Shown: piece after piece, positions 1 through 9,172 of the stretch
Layout of the letters: the number at the start of each line of letters is the position of its first letter
How positions within the stretch are numbered: position 1 is the stretch's first letter
Origin: Aquimarina litoralis
GTDB lineage: Bacteria > Bacteroidota > Bacteroidia > Flavobacteriales > Flavobacteriaceae
Length of the DNA: 17,804 bases
Assembly (NCBI RefSeq): GCF_019295435.1
Contig: NZ_WEKL01000007.1
Location: 127,212-145,015, forward strand
Reading direction: 5' to 3'
Position numbers and translations under genes: made by a program
Notes under the pieces: generated by a model
Seen by the model: the letters and a program-made list of their open reading frames with translations, nothing else
Told to the model about the DNA's origin: nothing
Databases searched by the model: none

Positions 1-363
1 CCAAGGTTCTCCTGGAGATTCAATAACTCCTCCAGACGTAATAGTAATTAGTCTTTTTATATGATTTTCATTAGCCAATTTTACGAGTGCATTGGCTGTT
101 CTTTCATATAAGGCATTAGGTTTTCTAGCTTGTAAAATTCCAGGAATACCAACTAGTGAGATCACTACATCAAAGTTTTTTACATGTTCTTTTAAAACTT
201 GAGTATCATCAATGGAAGCTTTAATGATCTTTAAGTTTGGAAATTCATTTCCTAATTTTTCCGGGCTTCTTACTACAGCAGTAATATCAAAATTGTAATT
301 TTTACTTTGTCTTAAAAATTCTAAACCTGTTCCTCCTGTAGCACCAAATAACGCAATTTTCAT
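1..363 (-). CDS. NAD(P)-binding domain protein (NmrA/SDR-like oxidoreductase), 3'-truncated by the window edge
   Basis: The reverse strand from the ATG at 363 translates MKIALFGATGGTGLEFLRQS...VVRSPEKL...VISLVG...ITITSGGV with no stop through position 1. GATGGTG is a classic Rossmann GxxGxxG dinucleotide-binding motif of the NAD(P)H-binding (NAD_binding_10/NmrA-like) family. The gene is not in the supplied ORF track because it is partial. Confidence 0.75.
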   Translation of the reverse strand, partial: MKIALFGATGGTGLEFLRQSKNYNFDITAVVRSPEKLGNEFPNLKIIKASIDDTQVLKEHVKNFDVVISLVGIPGILQARKPNALYERTANALVKLANENHIKRLITITSGGVIESPGEPW

Positions 364-490
364 TTTTCTTATTTTTAGGATTACTAATTTTTTTCTTTGA
401 ATTATGATCCAAAGATATGCCGAGAATAATCCAAGGTTTAGGTAGATAATTCGCTTATTCAGGTAGATATTTCTCCTTGAAATAAATATT

Positions 491-1366
491 TTAAGAATCT
501 AACGATTTGATATATGACTTTGGAGAATGATTAGTGTTTCTTTTGAAGTATTTACTAAAGTTGGATGGGTCATCAAATTGTAGTTTATAGGCTACATCCG
601 AAATAGATAATGATGAATTTTGCAATAAAGCTTTTGCTTCTAAAATAATAGCTTTGTTAATCCAAAAGGAAGGAGAATGTCCAGTTTTGTTTTTCACTAC
701 TTTGGATAGATGTTTCGCAGTGATATGCATTTGATCAGCATAAAATTGAACCGAACGCTCCTCAATAAAATTAGCATTTATTAAACTTTTGAATTTTTCT
801 ACCGTGGTTACGAATGAATCTTTTCTAATAGATAATTCTTCTGTAGCTTGATTATAAATATTGGCAATTTTGAATAACAACGTTATAATTCCATATCTAA
901 TAATTTCTCTTTTATGAATAGTATTGCTTTTGTTTACATGGAGCAAATCATCAAAGGCTGGTCTCAATATAGTATAGTCTTCTTCAGAGATTTGAAGAAC
1001 ATGAGTAGCATCTTGTTTAAAAAACAGAAATTTCTGAAATATTGAATTGTTTCCGAGATGTTCTAAAAGAAAGGATTCTTTGAAAAAAAATGTATAACAG
1101 GAAATTTTAGAACTTTTCATAGTCCATTGTCTAATCACAGAAGGACTCATCATTATTAAAGAAGGAGCCGTTACTTCATATTCTTTCAAATCGGCTATTA
1201 AATTACTCTCACCTTTATAGAACAAACTAAAACCGAATAGTTCGGATCTATAAGGTTCTGTAGGTACTCTTAAATTTTCATGAGTTTGTGGTAAATAAAA
1301 ATCTCTCATTAGACTTTTATCTGCAAAAGTTTCCTTTAATTTTTCTAATGAAAATCGTTCTATCAT
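491..1366 (-). CDS. AraC/XylS-family transcriptional regulator
   Basis: 291 aa. The C-terminal ~100 aa carries the bipartite AraC HTH (…FYADQMHITAKHLSKVVKNKTGHSPSFWINKAIILEAKALLQNSSLSISDVAYKLQFDDPSNFSKYFKRNTNHSPKSY). The N-terminal part is a ligand/effector-type domain. It sits directly upstream of, and co-directional with, the oxidoreductase gene. Confidence 0.85.
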   Translation of the reverse strand: MIERFSLEKLKETFADKSLMRDFYLPQTHENLRVPTEPYRSELFGFSLFYKGESNLIADLKEYEVTAPSLIMMSPSVIRQWTMKSSKISCYTFFFKESFLLEHLGNNSIFQKFLFFKQDATHVLQISEEDYTILRPAFDDLLHVNKSNTIHKREIIRYGIITLLFKIANIYNQATEELSIRKDSFVTTVEKFKSLINANFIEERSVQFYADQMHITAKHLSKVVKNKTGHSPSFWINKAIILEAKALLQNSSLSISDVAYKLQFDDPSNFSKYFKRNTNHSPKSYIKSLDS

Positions 1367-1555
1367 CGGTTTTCAGTTCAAATAAATGTGCTATTCTTAT
1401 AGAAGAATCAACAAGTTAATTTTTTAAAATGAAAGATCTATTATTTTAATACAATTATTAACGTCTTATATTTATTTCATAAATTTTAGCAGCCGAGTAA
1501 CATTTTATAGCTCTTTAATACTGATAAGATGAAATATTCATCTAAAGTCTAGGTC

Positions 1556-2116
1556 ATGAGAAACATACTAGTTGTATTATTTATTTTATTCTTGATTGTT
1601 GGTTGTCATAAAAAAGATGATCGAATAGAAAAGGTGCATATGTATTATGAAGCCTTTAATACCTCAGATTATAATCAGGTAATGGAACTAATTACAGATA
1701 GTATTACGATTATTGAAGGGGATTATATCATGGGATACACGCATCCTACTTTTCATGAACATTTTAAATGGGATTCTGTTTTTCGACCAACAAATAAAGT
1801 AATAGATATACAAGAATCAGGAAGTGATATTATTGCAACTGTAGAAGTTCATTCACCGAGATTTAAGTTTTTAAAAAATAACCCGTTGACATGTAAACAT
1901 AAAATATCTTTTGAAGGTAATAAGCTTACCAAATTTGAAAATTTAGATTGTATCGATGCGGATTGGTCAATATGGGAAAAGGAAAGAGACTCTTTAGTAA
2001 GTTGGATTAAAATAAACCATCCTGAACTTGATGGATTTATTTATGATTTAACAATGAATGGAGCTATCAATTATCTTAAAGCAATAGCATTGTATGAAGA
2101 AAGTATTAAAGAATAG
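1556..2116 (+). CDS. small lipoprotein, possibly NTF2/SnoaL-like fold
   Basis: 186 aa with a signal peptide and lipobox (LFLIVGCHKK). The segment EKVHMYYEAFNTSDYNQVMELITDSITIIEGDY…G loosely resembles the N-terminus of NTF2-like/SnoaL-like proteins. The fold assignment is tentative. Confidence 0.5.
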   Translation: MRNILVVLFILFLIVGCHKKDDRIEKVHMYYEAFNTSDYNQVMELITDSITIIEGDYIMGYTHPTFHEHFKWDSVFRPTNKVIDIQESGSDIIATVEVHSPRFKFLKNNPLTCKHKISFEGNKLTKFENLDCIDADWSIWEKERDSLVSWIKINHPELDGFIYDLTMNGAINYLKAIALYEESIKE

Positions 2117-2606
2117 TCTTTATTTTTTGTGTATTGCCTTATTTATTTTGGGATGTACAAAACCAAAATCTTTACTAGAGAGAACTAAGAATTTTCAAGT
2201 TTCCGAATGTAAACAGGATTGTGGAGTTGATTCTATGGGAGTACGATTGAATAAAATTAGAAATGGGGATTTATATGTAAGATTAGGACATATTGTGAAT
2301 TGTTCTTGGAAACAAGGGTATCTAAGAGACATGATATATGATTCAGATACTTTAGTGTTAGAATTAGATCGACCACATGACATCGATACAGTGAGAATCG
2401 ATAGTACGAAAAACAATGTTTTTTATGAGATAGAAACTTCTTACACTTTAGCCGATTGTGATTGTTTTTTCTTTTTTGAATTTACTGTTGAAGATTTTGA
2501 AACTACTCCTAAATCTATCCGTATTTTAGATAATTTTAAAAAAGGAAAGTATTGGGATGAACGAGATATAATTGAAGAGGTAGAAGATGTAGAAGAGGAG
2601 TTCTGA
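2094..2606 (+). CDS. hypothetical lipoprotein with acidic C-terminus
   Basis: 170 aa with a lipoprotein signal (LFILGCTKP). Its start overlaps the stop of the upstream lipoprotein gene by 23 nt, consistent with translational coupling. It has a Cys-rich N-terminal region (CKQDCGVDS…C…CDC) and a DE-rich tail (EEVEDVEEEF). Confidence 0.5.
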   Translation: MKKVLKNSLYFLCIALFILGCTKPKSLLERTKNFQVSECKQDCGVDSMGVRLNKIRNGDLYVRLGHIVNCSWKQGYLRDMIYDSDTLVLELDRPHDIDTVRIDSTKNNVFYEIETSYTLADCDCFFFFEFTVEDFETTPKSIRILDNFKKGKYWDERDIIEEVEDVEEEF

Positions 2607-2748
2607 TCAAATTTGTTTTATAAATTGAATTTAAAAGAATCAATTATTGAATCCTATAACAAAAGTTAAGAAAACAATAAAACCACTTTAAGAGTATTTT
2701 TATCTTTATTTTTACCACTTACACATCATATTTCAAACTCAACACACT

Positions 2749-4374
2749 ATGAAAAAAGTACTATTATTCATTGTCAGTACCTTTCTTTTTATTTCTTGCC
2801 AACCATCTAAAGAAACAGCAGATTTGCTTGTTTTTAATGCGAATGTTTATACGGTAGATGATATCAAACCTAAGGTAGAGGCTTTTGCTATTACAAATGG
2901 TAAGTTTGTTGCTGTGGGTAGCTTAGAAGAACTAAATAAGTTATATACTTTCACAGATTCTGTTAATGCGCAAGGAAAAACTATCCTTCCAGGATTAATT
3001 GACGCACATTGTCATTTTTATGGATTAGGACTACAACAACAAAAGGTAAATCTTATTGGTACTACTAGTTATGAAGAAGTTTTAAATCGTATTATAGCTT
3101 TTCAGAAAGAGAAAAAAGTACCATTTATTACAGGTCGTGGTTGGGATCAAAATGATTGGGAAGTAAAAGAATTTCCAACAAAGGAAAAACTTGATAGTCT
3201 TTTCCCGGAAACACCGGTGGCGATTACTAGAGTAGATGGACATGCAATGTTAGCAAATCAGGCTGCTTTAGATTTAGCGAAGATCACATTAGATACAAAA
3301 ATTGCTGGTGGAGAAATTATCCAAAAAGAAGGTAAACTAACTGGAGTATTAATCGATAATCCGATGGAGTTGGTGGAAGCTATTTTTCCACAACCAACCA
3401 TTGCAGAACAAGTAACTGCTTTAAAAGATGCTGAGAAAATTAACTTTAGTTATGGGTTAACGACGGTAGATGATGCAGGATTAAGTCCGCAAGTGATTTC
3501 TGTAATTGATAGTTTACAAAAAACGGAAGATTTAAAAATCAGGATGTATACGATGGTTAGTAATGTACCAGAATATGTGGAATATTACTTAAAAAAGGGA
3601 GTTTATAAAACTGAAAAACTTAATGTGTCTTCTTTTAAAGTATATGCTGATGGGGCATTAGGATCTAGAGGAGCAGTACTTAAAAAACCATATTCTGATA
3701 AACATGATCATTATGGAGCTATGGTAATCGGGACTAAAGAATTTAAAGAATTAGCCCAAAAACTAGCCGCTTCTCCTTTTCAGATGAATACTCATGCTAT
3801 TGGAGATTCTGCTAATGCGGTTGTAATGAATACATATTATGATGTGTTAAAAAATAAAAGTGACAGAAGATGGCGCGTAGAACATGCACAAGTAGTAGCT
3901 CCTGAAGAGTTTAAAATTCTTAACGATAATCTGGTAATGAGTGTACAACCCACGCATGCCACTAGTGATATGTATTGGGCAGATGAACGATTGGGTGAAG
4001 TACGAATTAAGGGAGCCTATGCATATAAACAATTGCTTAACAAAACTGGTAAATTGGCATTAGGAACGGATTATCCTGTAGAAAACGTGAGTCCGTTTTA
4101 TACGTTTTATGCAGCAGTAGCTCGCAAAGATTTAAAACAATATCCAGAAGGTGGTTTTCAGAAAGAAGATGCACTCACCCGAGAAGAAACTCTAAAAGGA
4201 ATGACGATTTGGGCCGCCTACAGTAATTTTGAAGAAAATGAAAAAGGAAGTATTACCGTTGGTAAGTTTGCAGATTTTGTAATTCTGGAAGAAAATATCA
4301 TGGAAGTGAATGAAGATAAAATTCCGAATATTAAGGTAAATGCGACATACTTAGGAGGAGAAAAGGTATATTAA
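2749..4374 (+). CDS. metal-dependent amidohydrolase (Amidohydro_3 / YtcJ-like), lipoprotein
   Basis: 541 aa with a lipoprotein signal (LFISCQ). The N-terminal metal-binding motif ILPGLIDAHCHFYGLG is present. The length and overall layout (…VDGHA…, …THAIGD…, …HATSDMYWAD…, …GTDYPVE…) match amidohydrolase family 3 enzymes. Confidence 0.85.
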   Translation: MKKVLLFIVSTFLFISCQPSKETADLLVFNANVYTVDDIKPKVEAFAITNGKFVAVGSLEELNKLYTFTDSVNAQGKTILPGLIDAHCHFYGLGLQQQKVNLIGTTSYEEVLNRIIAFQKEKKVPFITGRGWDQNDWEVKEFPTKEKLDSLFPETPVAITRVDGHAMLANQAALDLAKITLDTKIAGGEIIQKEGKLTGVLIDNPMELVEAIFPQPTIAEQVTALKDAEKINFSYGLTTVDDAGLSPQVISVIDSLQKTEDLKIRMYTMVSNVPEYVEYYLKKGVYKTEKLNVSSFKVYADGALGSRGAVLKKPYSDKHDHYGAMVIGTKEFKELAQKLAASPFQMNTHAIGDSANAVVMNTYYDVLKNKSDRRWRVEHAQVVAPEEFKILNDNLVMSVQPTHATSDMYWADERLGEVRIKGAYAYKQLLNKTGKLALGTDYPVENVSPFYTFYAAVARKDLKQYPEGGFQKEDALTREETLKGMTIWAAYSNFEENEKGSITVGKFADFVILEENIMEVNEDKIPNIKVNATYLGGEKVY

Positions 4375-4377
4375 AAC

Positions 4378-5148
4378 CTATTTTCCTCCATTTGCTCTTA
4401 AATCAGCAAGGCATATTGGACATAAAGTTGGAACACCATTTCCCATGAGATCCATCATTCCACTTTCAAATTCAATGGCTGCTCGCATTAAACAATTTTC
4501 AGAACTACAATGCCCTAGCGATAAACTATCTTCGTGAGGTGATTGTAATGGGGTTCCGATGTTTACTAATCCTAGCAAATGAGAAAATTCATGATTCAAA
4601 GTGGCAGCTTCTATGGTTGATAACATTGGCGCAAGAGGATTACTACTCAACTCACGAAGGGTTTTCTCATATATAACTATAGAAGTATTGAGATAAGCTG
4701 ATCCTAATATTACCTTGGAATTATTATCGGTTTCATTACTGCCATCTGCAAAATAGATATACACTGTAATTTCATCACCTTCATTAAACAAGGTTCTTTC
4801 TACAGTTTCAATTTGTCTTATTTTACTAATATTAAAAGGAGCTAAACCAGAAGAAGGTACTGTACGCTGATTAATGGTAATTCCATCAGGTTTATTCAAT
4901 CGATCTTCCAAAAAGTTTCTAAATGAGTTTATTGCAGTAGTAGTAGGTGCAAATCCTTCTACGGAAATAATTTCTACAGTTAATCCTCTAAAATTTGTAT
5001 CACTTAATAAATCATTCGCGGAAGTTCCTAGTGCTTTTGTATTACCAGTTTCGGTATCAAGTACAAAATTATTTTCATCATCATCAGAACATCCAACGAC
5101 TAAAAATGATACGAAGAAAAGAATGCTTAAGAATTTTGTAATTTGCAT
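4378..5148 (-). CDS. zinc metalloprotease lipoprotein, archaemetzincin-like (peptidase M54-type signature)
   Basis: 256 aa with a lipobox (LVVGCSDDDENN). It contains HEFSHLLG (HExxHxxG), followed by GHCSSENCLM (an HCx4CxM motif), followed 21 residues later by CPIC (CxxC). That arrangement is the archaemetzincin-type zinc and second-metal signature. It is convergent with the amidohydrolase gene with only a 3-bp gap. Confidence 0.65.
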   Translation of the reverse strand: MQITKFLSILFFVSFLVVGCSDDDENNFVLDTETGNTKALGTSANDLLSDTNFRGLTVEIISVEGFAPTTTAINSFRNFLEDRLNKPDGITINQRTVPSSGLAPFNISKIRQIETVERTLFNEGDEITVYIYFADGSNETDNNSKVILGSAYLNTSIVIYEKTLRELSSNPLAPMLSTIEAATLNHEFSHLLGLVNIGTPLQSPHEDSLSLGHCSSENCLMRAAIEFESGMMDLMGNGVPTLCPICLADLRANGGK

Positions 5149-5191
5149 AAAAAATTGGTTTTCCAGAGGTAGTTAGTAAATAAACGAATTT

Positions 5192-5722
5192 ATGAGATAT
5201 TTAGTTTTTGTTTTAACGTTATTTTTAACAGTTACGGCAAATTTTGCACAAAGATCATACCATGAAGACGCCATGAGATATTTTTCTTTGAACGGTACTG
5301 AACAGCAGTATGATGAGGCGATTGATCAAATGTTTATACTGCTGAAACAGCAATATAGTGGGCAACAGATTCCGGAAAATGTTTGGAAAGAGATAAAAGT
5401 AGACAAGAAAAAGTCCATAAATGACATTAAATCGTTATTAGTATCTGCATATCGAAGTAATTTTACTCATGAAGATATTAAGCAATTAATTGGTTTTTAT
5501 GAATCAGAAACTGGACAACAAATGGTAAAAGATAGATCCCAGCTTAATGATCGTCAAAAAGTGGAGTTATCGAATTTTTTCACTTCTGAAGTTGGGCAAA
5601 AAGTACAAAATCAAAGCAATTCCTTACGAACAATGGTAGCAGAAGTAAGTGAGCAATGGAGTAGGGATTTATATGAGCAAACCGTAAAAAAGTTGAAATC
5701 TAAAGGGTATCAATTGCCTTAG
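5192..5722 (+). CDS. secreted hypothetical protein
   Basis: 176 aa with an N-terminal signal peptide (MRYLVFVLTLFLTVTANFAQ). The mature part is Q/E/K-rich and predicted helical. I recognise no catalytic motif. Confidence 0.5.
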   Translation: MRYLVFVLTLFLTVTANFAQRSYHEDAMRYFSLNGTEQQYDEAIDQMFILLKQQYSGQQIPENVWKEIKVDKKKSINDIKSLLVSAYRSNFTHEDIKQLIGFYESETGQQMVKDRSQLNDRQKVELSNFFTSEVGQKVQNQSNSLRTMVAEVSEQWSRDLYEQTVKKLKSKGYQLP

Positions 5723-6437
5723 TTAATTTTGCTAAATAGTCATTGTTTTCTCCTTGTGTAACAAGCTCACAAAGAAATCCATTTGCATTAGCAGCGTTTT
5801 GTAAGGTGTTGTAATCGATATATAACCAATCAAACCAGTTTGATTCCAAATTCTTATATTTCAATTGATATTGCATTTCTCCATAATAACCTTTAGAGGT
5901 ATCTACCCAAAAACTACCATCTTCGTCTGCAAATAAATAAGAGATATCTGAGGAGTCCATAAGGATCTGCCCACCAGGTTTTAGTAATTTTTTTAAATGC
6001 GTAAAGAACAAATCGATATCATGTAATTTTCCGATAATTCCGCTTCCATTCATTAAAAACAACAGTGTGTCATATTGTTTCGTTTCTAATTTTAAAATAT
6101 CCTGAACCGAAGCATTAGCAACTCCTCTTTTTCTACAAATCTCTATCGCTCCTTTAGAGATATCTATGGAATGGACTTCCAACTTTCTATAATCCTGAAG
6201 AAATAAACTATGACTTCCAGCACCACAACCTACATCTAGCACTTCTCCATAAGCAAGATCTAATGCTTTTTGCTCTAGTATTGGCATTTCTTCATAGGAT
6301 CTAAACAAATAAGGAATTGGTATGATATCATCGTCAAAGTCTGGAGCTTTTACTACAATGTCTTCTTTATATTGATTTTGATAAAAATCTTTGATCGCTT
6401 CTCCAAAAATATCTTTGCTCATGATTATAGTTCTCAA
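5700..6437 (-). CDS. class I SAM-dependent methyltransferase
   Basis: 245 aa. Motif I VLDVGCGAGSHSLFL is present, with an acidic motif II (…LEVHSIDIS…) and motif III-like LLKPGGQILM. Its 3' end overlaps the 5192-5722 gene by 23 bp (convergent). Confidence 0.8.
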   Translation of the reverse strand: MRTIIMSKDIFGEAIKDFYQNQYKEDIVVKAPDFDDDIIPIPYLFRSYEEMPILEQKALDLAYGEVLDVGCGAGSHSLFLQDYRKLEVHSIDISKGAIEICRKRGVANASVQDILKLETKQYDTLLFLMNGSGIIGKLHDIDLFFTHLKKLLKPGGQILMDSSDISYLFADEDGSFWVDTSKGYYGEMQYQLKYKNLESNWFDWLYIDYNTLQNAANANGFLCELVTQGENNDYLAKLTKAIDTL

Positions 6438-6474
6438 TTCAAAATTCGTTGTTCATAATTTGTAATTTTGCACT

Positions 6475-6993
6475 ATGCAAGAATTCATAGATCAATTACC
6501 AGAACTGGCCAAAGATAAGCAGAACGAGAATAAAAAGTATTTTGCGAAACTGAAAAAGAAACCACCAAAACATTTAGATCAGTTTATGCAGGAATTGCAT
6601 GATGAAGAGTTTCAAAAAACGGATTGTTTAGAGTGTGCCAATTGTTGTAAAACTACAGGTCCACTTTTTACGGATATTGATGTGGATAGAATCGCCAAGC
6701 ATCTAAAAATGAAATCGTATCAGTTCGAGGAACAGTATCTTAGAAAAGATGAAGATGGAGATTTTGTATTGAAACAAACACCATGTGCTTTTTTAGCCCA
6801 TGATAATTATTGTTTGATTTATGATGTGCGACCCAAAGCCTGTAAAGAGTTCCCTCATACAGATCGCAAAAAGTTTTATCAGATTTCTAATTTAACAATG
6901 CATAACGTAGCGATTTGCCCTGCTGCTTACAACATTGTCGAAAAGATGAAAGCGACAATGCCTTTAGAACACAAGAGTAATAAACGAACTTAA
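6475..6993 (+). CDS. YkgJ-family Fe/Zn-chelating cysteine-cluster protein (CxxCxxCC)
   Basis: 172 aa. It contains CLECANCC (CxxCxxCC) plus the downstream Cys residues (…TPCAFL…YCLIY…ACKEFPH…) typical of the UPF0153/YkgJ putative metal-chelating domain. The true start may be an internal Met, because the divergent gap to the methyltransferase is only 37 bp. Confidence 0.7.
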   Translation: MQEFIDQLPELAKDKQNENKKYFAKLKKKPPKHLDQFMQELHDEEFQKTDCLECANCCKTTGPLFTDIDVDRIAKHLKMKSYQFEEQYLRKDEDGDFVLKQTPCAFLAHDNYCLIYDVRPKACKEFPHTDRKKFYQISNLTMHNVAICPAAYNIVEKMKATMPLEHKSNKRT

Positions 6994-7013
6994 CGTAAAA
7001 CTGTAGATAATTA

Positions 7014-7484
7014 TTATTGTTTTTTAGTAACTATAATCTTAATGTATTCATCATATTCAAATTCTTTTAGTTGAATTTGATAATTCTTCCAAAAGACAAA
7101 TCGATCATTATTTTGTGAAGTTGCGGAAACTATCATTCCATTTTCTTGTTCTATTGTTCTGGTATATTCGAAAGAATTTAATTCTTCCTCAGATTTTAAA
7201 TGATCATTACTATATGTGGATAATAGTCTTTCTGTTTGATCATTGTGGATGGATAAAACGAGATATGCAGAAGCTTTCGTGAACGTACGATCTACCGAGT
7301 GTTTATGAGAGAATGATTCTAAGGAGATACATAGATCATCTTCTAAGATTACTTTTTTCTTGAGCTTTATTTTAATAATTGATCCGTATTTCTTTTTTGT
7401 AGGTTCGGTTTCCATTGATTGATTTTGTGAATACGAAAAATAGCTAAAGAGTAATATAAGTATTTGAAGATTTATTCTGAGCAT
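7014..7484 (-). CDS. secreted hypothetical protein
   Basis: 156 aa with a signal peptide (LQILILLFSYFSYSQ). The start is 11 nt downstream of the preceding gene's stop, so it is likely the last gene of a five-gene minus-strand operon. Confidence 0.45.
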   Translation of the reverse strand: MLRINLQILILLFSYFSYSQNQSMETEPTKKKYGSIIKIKLKKKVILEDDLCISLESFSHKHSVDRTFTKASAYLVLSIHNDQTERLLSTYSNDHLKSEEELNSFEYTRTIEQENGMIVSATSQNNDRFVFWKNYQIQLKEFEYDEYIKIIVTKKQ

Positions 7485-7495
7485 TATCTTCTATT

Positions 7496-8137
7496 CTAAT
7501 TATATGTTTCTTCAAAATAATCTTCATCCAGAATGTACTCTGCGATTACTCTTAGTAAAACTTGTCCCATTTCTAAGTTTTGTGCTTCTTCAATAAGCAC
7601 AGCTTCACAATCTCCATGAGATACAAAATACAGCGTAGGCTCTCCTAATTGGTTAATTTTTCCTGGATGTGCAATAACCCAATTTTGTCCGTAATCAATA
7701 ATTCCTTCGGTATCTTCAATACCATAACCGTTATCTTTTAAGGAAGTAATGAATTCTTCATTTTCCTCTTCAGCTTCTTCTAAAAAGTAATATTCCCAAC
7801 TTTGTTCGATTGCAGATCCTCCTTCTTGAATTCCATTAAATCCAAGATATCCTCCACCTAATGATTCCCAAGATATTCCGTTATGAACTTTTGAAACTTC
7901 AATCCAAGATTTTGGACCTTTTTCAGTTTCAAATGGTGCATTGCATTCTAATACCACTTCTTCATCATACGCTTCGCTTCTAAAGGTAAGTAATAGCTTA
8001 TTACTATCAATTTCTGCTTTTAAAAATTGAGCGATGATAAGATCTAGGATTTTTTCATCTTCTTTGTTTTTGATCATAAAACTTAGATGCTCTCGTATTA
8101 TATTTTTATCCTGTTTATCGATAAGATGTTGCCACAT
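7496..8137 (-). CDS. acidic cytoplasmic hypothetical protein
   Basis: 213 aa with no signal peptide. It is highly acidic (EEAEEENEEF, DEDYFEETYN). It is co-operonic, with a 51-nt gap from the upstream TPR gene. Confidence 0.5.
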   Translation of the reverse strand: MWQHLIDKQDKNIIREHLSFMIKNKEDEKILDLIIAQFLKAEIDSNKLLLTFRSEAYDEEVVLECNAPFETEKGPKSWIEVSKVHNGISWESLGGGYLGFNGIQEGGSAIEQSWEYYFLEEAEEENEEFITSLKDNGYGIEDTEGIIDYGQNWVIAHPGKINQLGEPTLYFVSHGDCEAVLIEEAQNLEMGQVLLRVIAEYILDEDYFEETYN

Positions 8138-8188
8138 AATGCTGTATTTTAATTAATTGTATTAAAATTAAATGTTGATATTAAAATA

Positions 8189-9166
8189 TTATATTGGAAG
8201 TTTAGCCATGATATCAAGTACCTCTGGATGATCAGGATCCAATTGTAAGGCTTTTTTTCCATTATATTGTGCGTTTTTATATTTCCCTGAGTCAAAGTAG
8301 AATCTAGTTAGAATTCCATAATTCTGGGCAGAAGGTTCTATATCTATACATTTCTTCATCAATTTGATAGATTTTTTGAAGTTACCTTGACTTGCTGGAT
8401 ATCCACTGTAACCTCTCATTCCGTTGGTATATGCTGAATCCACTAGATAAGAAAGTTGTACGAAAAACTCACCTCGTTTCGGCATGATGTTAGCAACTTG
8501 AGTAATCATTCCCATATTATTGTAGGGGTTTGGATTTGTTGGGTCGACTAACATAGCTTCATAAAATTTCTTTGCAGCAGCATCAAAATTTCCTTGACCA
8601 AATAAGGCATTTCCTTCCTGTTTAATTTGTTCGGATTGTTCACGATCAGGACTTGTTTTTATAATAATCAGCTCATCTAGTTTGTTTGCAACGCGTGTTA
8701 GCTTATGTTCTCTTTTCGTACTTAACAGCAGGATTTCCATTGTAGAAAGGTCTTTTCCCGTATTCGTATTTAGAAATAACACACCATCAATTGGATGAAA
8801 AGGACCTTTATGTGCTTCTTTACCGATAAAAGCGAACGGAATTAAATCGTTTTGGTTCCAGAACCAGAATGATAACAATCCATCTCTTAAAAATTGATCT
8901 TGCCCATCTACCCAAACTATATCTGCTGAAGATATATTGATTTCACATAGTTCAGAGATATATGAAACTATGGAATATCGCAATGATTTTCCAATGGCAA
9001 AAAAATCAAAAAAGAATATAGGTTGGTTACCTGAAATACCTTGCCAATCATTGTTTTTAGAGATTTCGATTCGATGAGGTCCAATATGTTCTCTGAATGA
9101 TTTGGACAACTTTCTTAATTTTTTTATATCCTTCATATTTTTAATAAATGTTAATTTGTCTGACAA
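8189..9166 (-). CDS. TPR-repeat protein with uncharacterised N-terminal domain
   Basis: 325 aa. The C-terminal ~150 aa contains at least 3 TPR-like units (EGNALFGQGNFDAAAKKFYEAMLVDPTNPNPYNNMG; …SAYTNGMRGYSGYPASQGNFKKSIKLMKKCIDIEPSAQNYG; …DSGKYKNAQYNGKKALQLDPDHPEV). The N-terminal 170 aa has no recognisable motif. Confidence 0.6.
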   Translation of the reverse strand: MSDKLTFIKNMKDIKKLRKLSKSFREHIGPHRIEISKNNDWQGISGNQPIFFFDFFAIGKSLRYSIVSYISELCEINISSADIVWVDGQDQFLRDGLLSFWFWNQNDLIPFAFIGKEAHKGPFHPIDGVLFLNTNTGKDLSTMEILLLSTKREHKLTRVANKLDELIIIKTSPDREQSEQIKQEGNALFGQGNFDAAAKKFYEAMLVDPTNPNPYNNMGMITQVANIMPKRGEFFVQLSYLVDSAYTNGMRGYSGYPASQGNFKKSIKLMKKCIDIEPSAQNYGILTRFYFDSGKYKNAQYNGKKALQLDPDHPEVLDIMAKLPI

Positions 9167-9172
9167 TTAAAA

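Noticed and set aside
2195-2416. 73-aa minus-strand ORF
   Set aside because: It is entirely embedded antisense within the 2094-2606 lipoprotein gene. It has no motif and unusual Cys/Ser-rich composition, so it is most likely a chance ORF.
2607-2748. Possible promoter or palindrome in the spacer before the amidohydrolase gene (GAATCAATTATTGAATC)
   Set aside because: It is not a true palindrome on checking the reverse complement. I could not match the Bacteroidetes -33 TTG / -7 TAnnTTTG consensus convincingly.
3847-4032. 61-aa minus-strand ORF
   Set aside because: It is antisense inside the well-supported amidohydrolase gene and is likely spurious.
4874-5176. 100-aa plus-strand ORF
   Set aside because: It is antisense within the metalloprotease gene and extends across its start. 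It has no signal or motif and is probably spurious.
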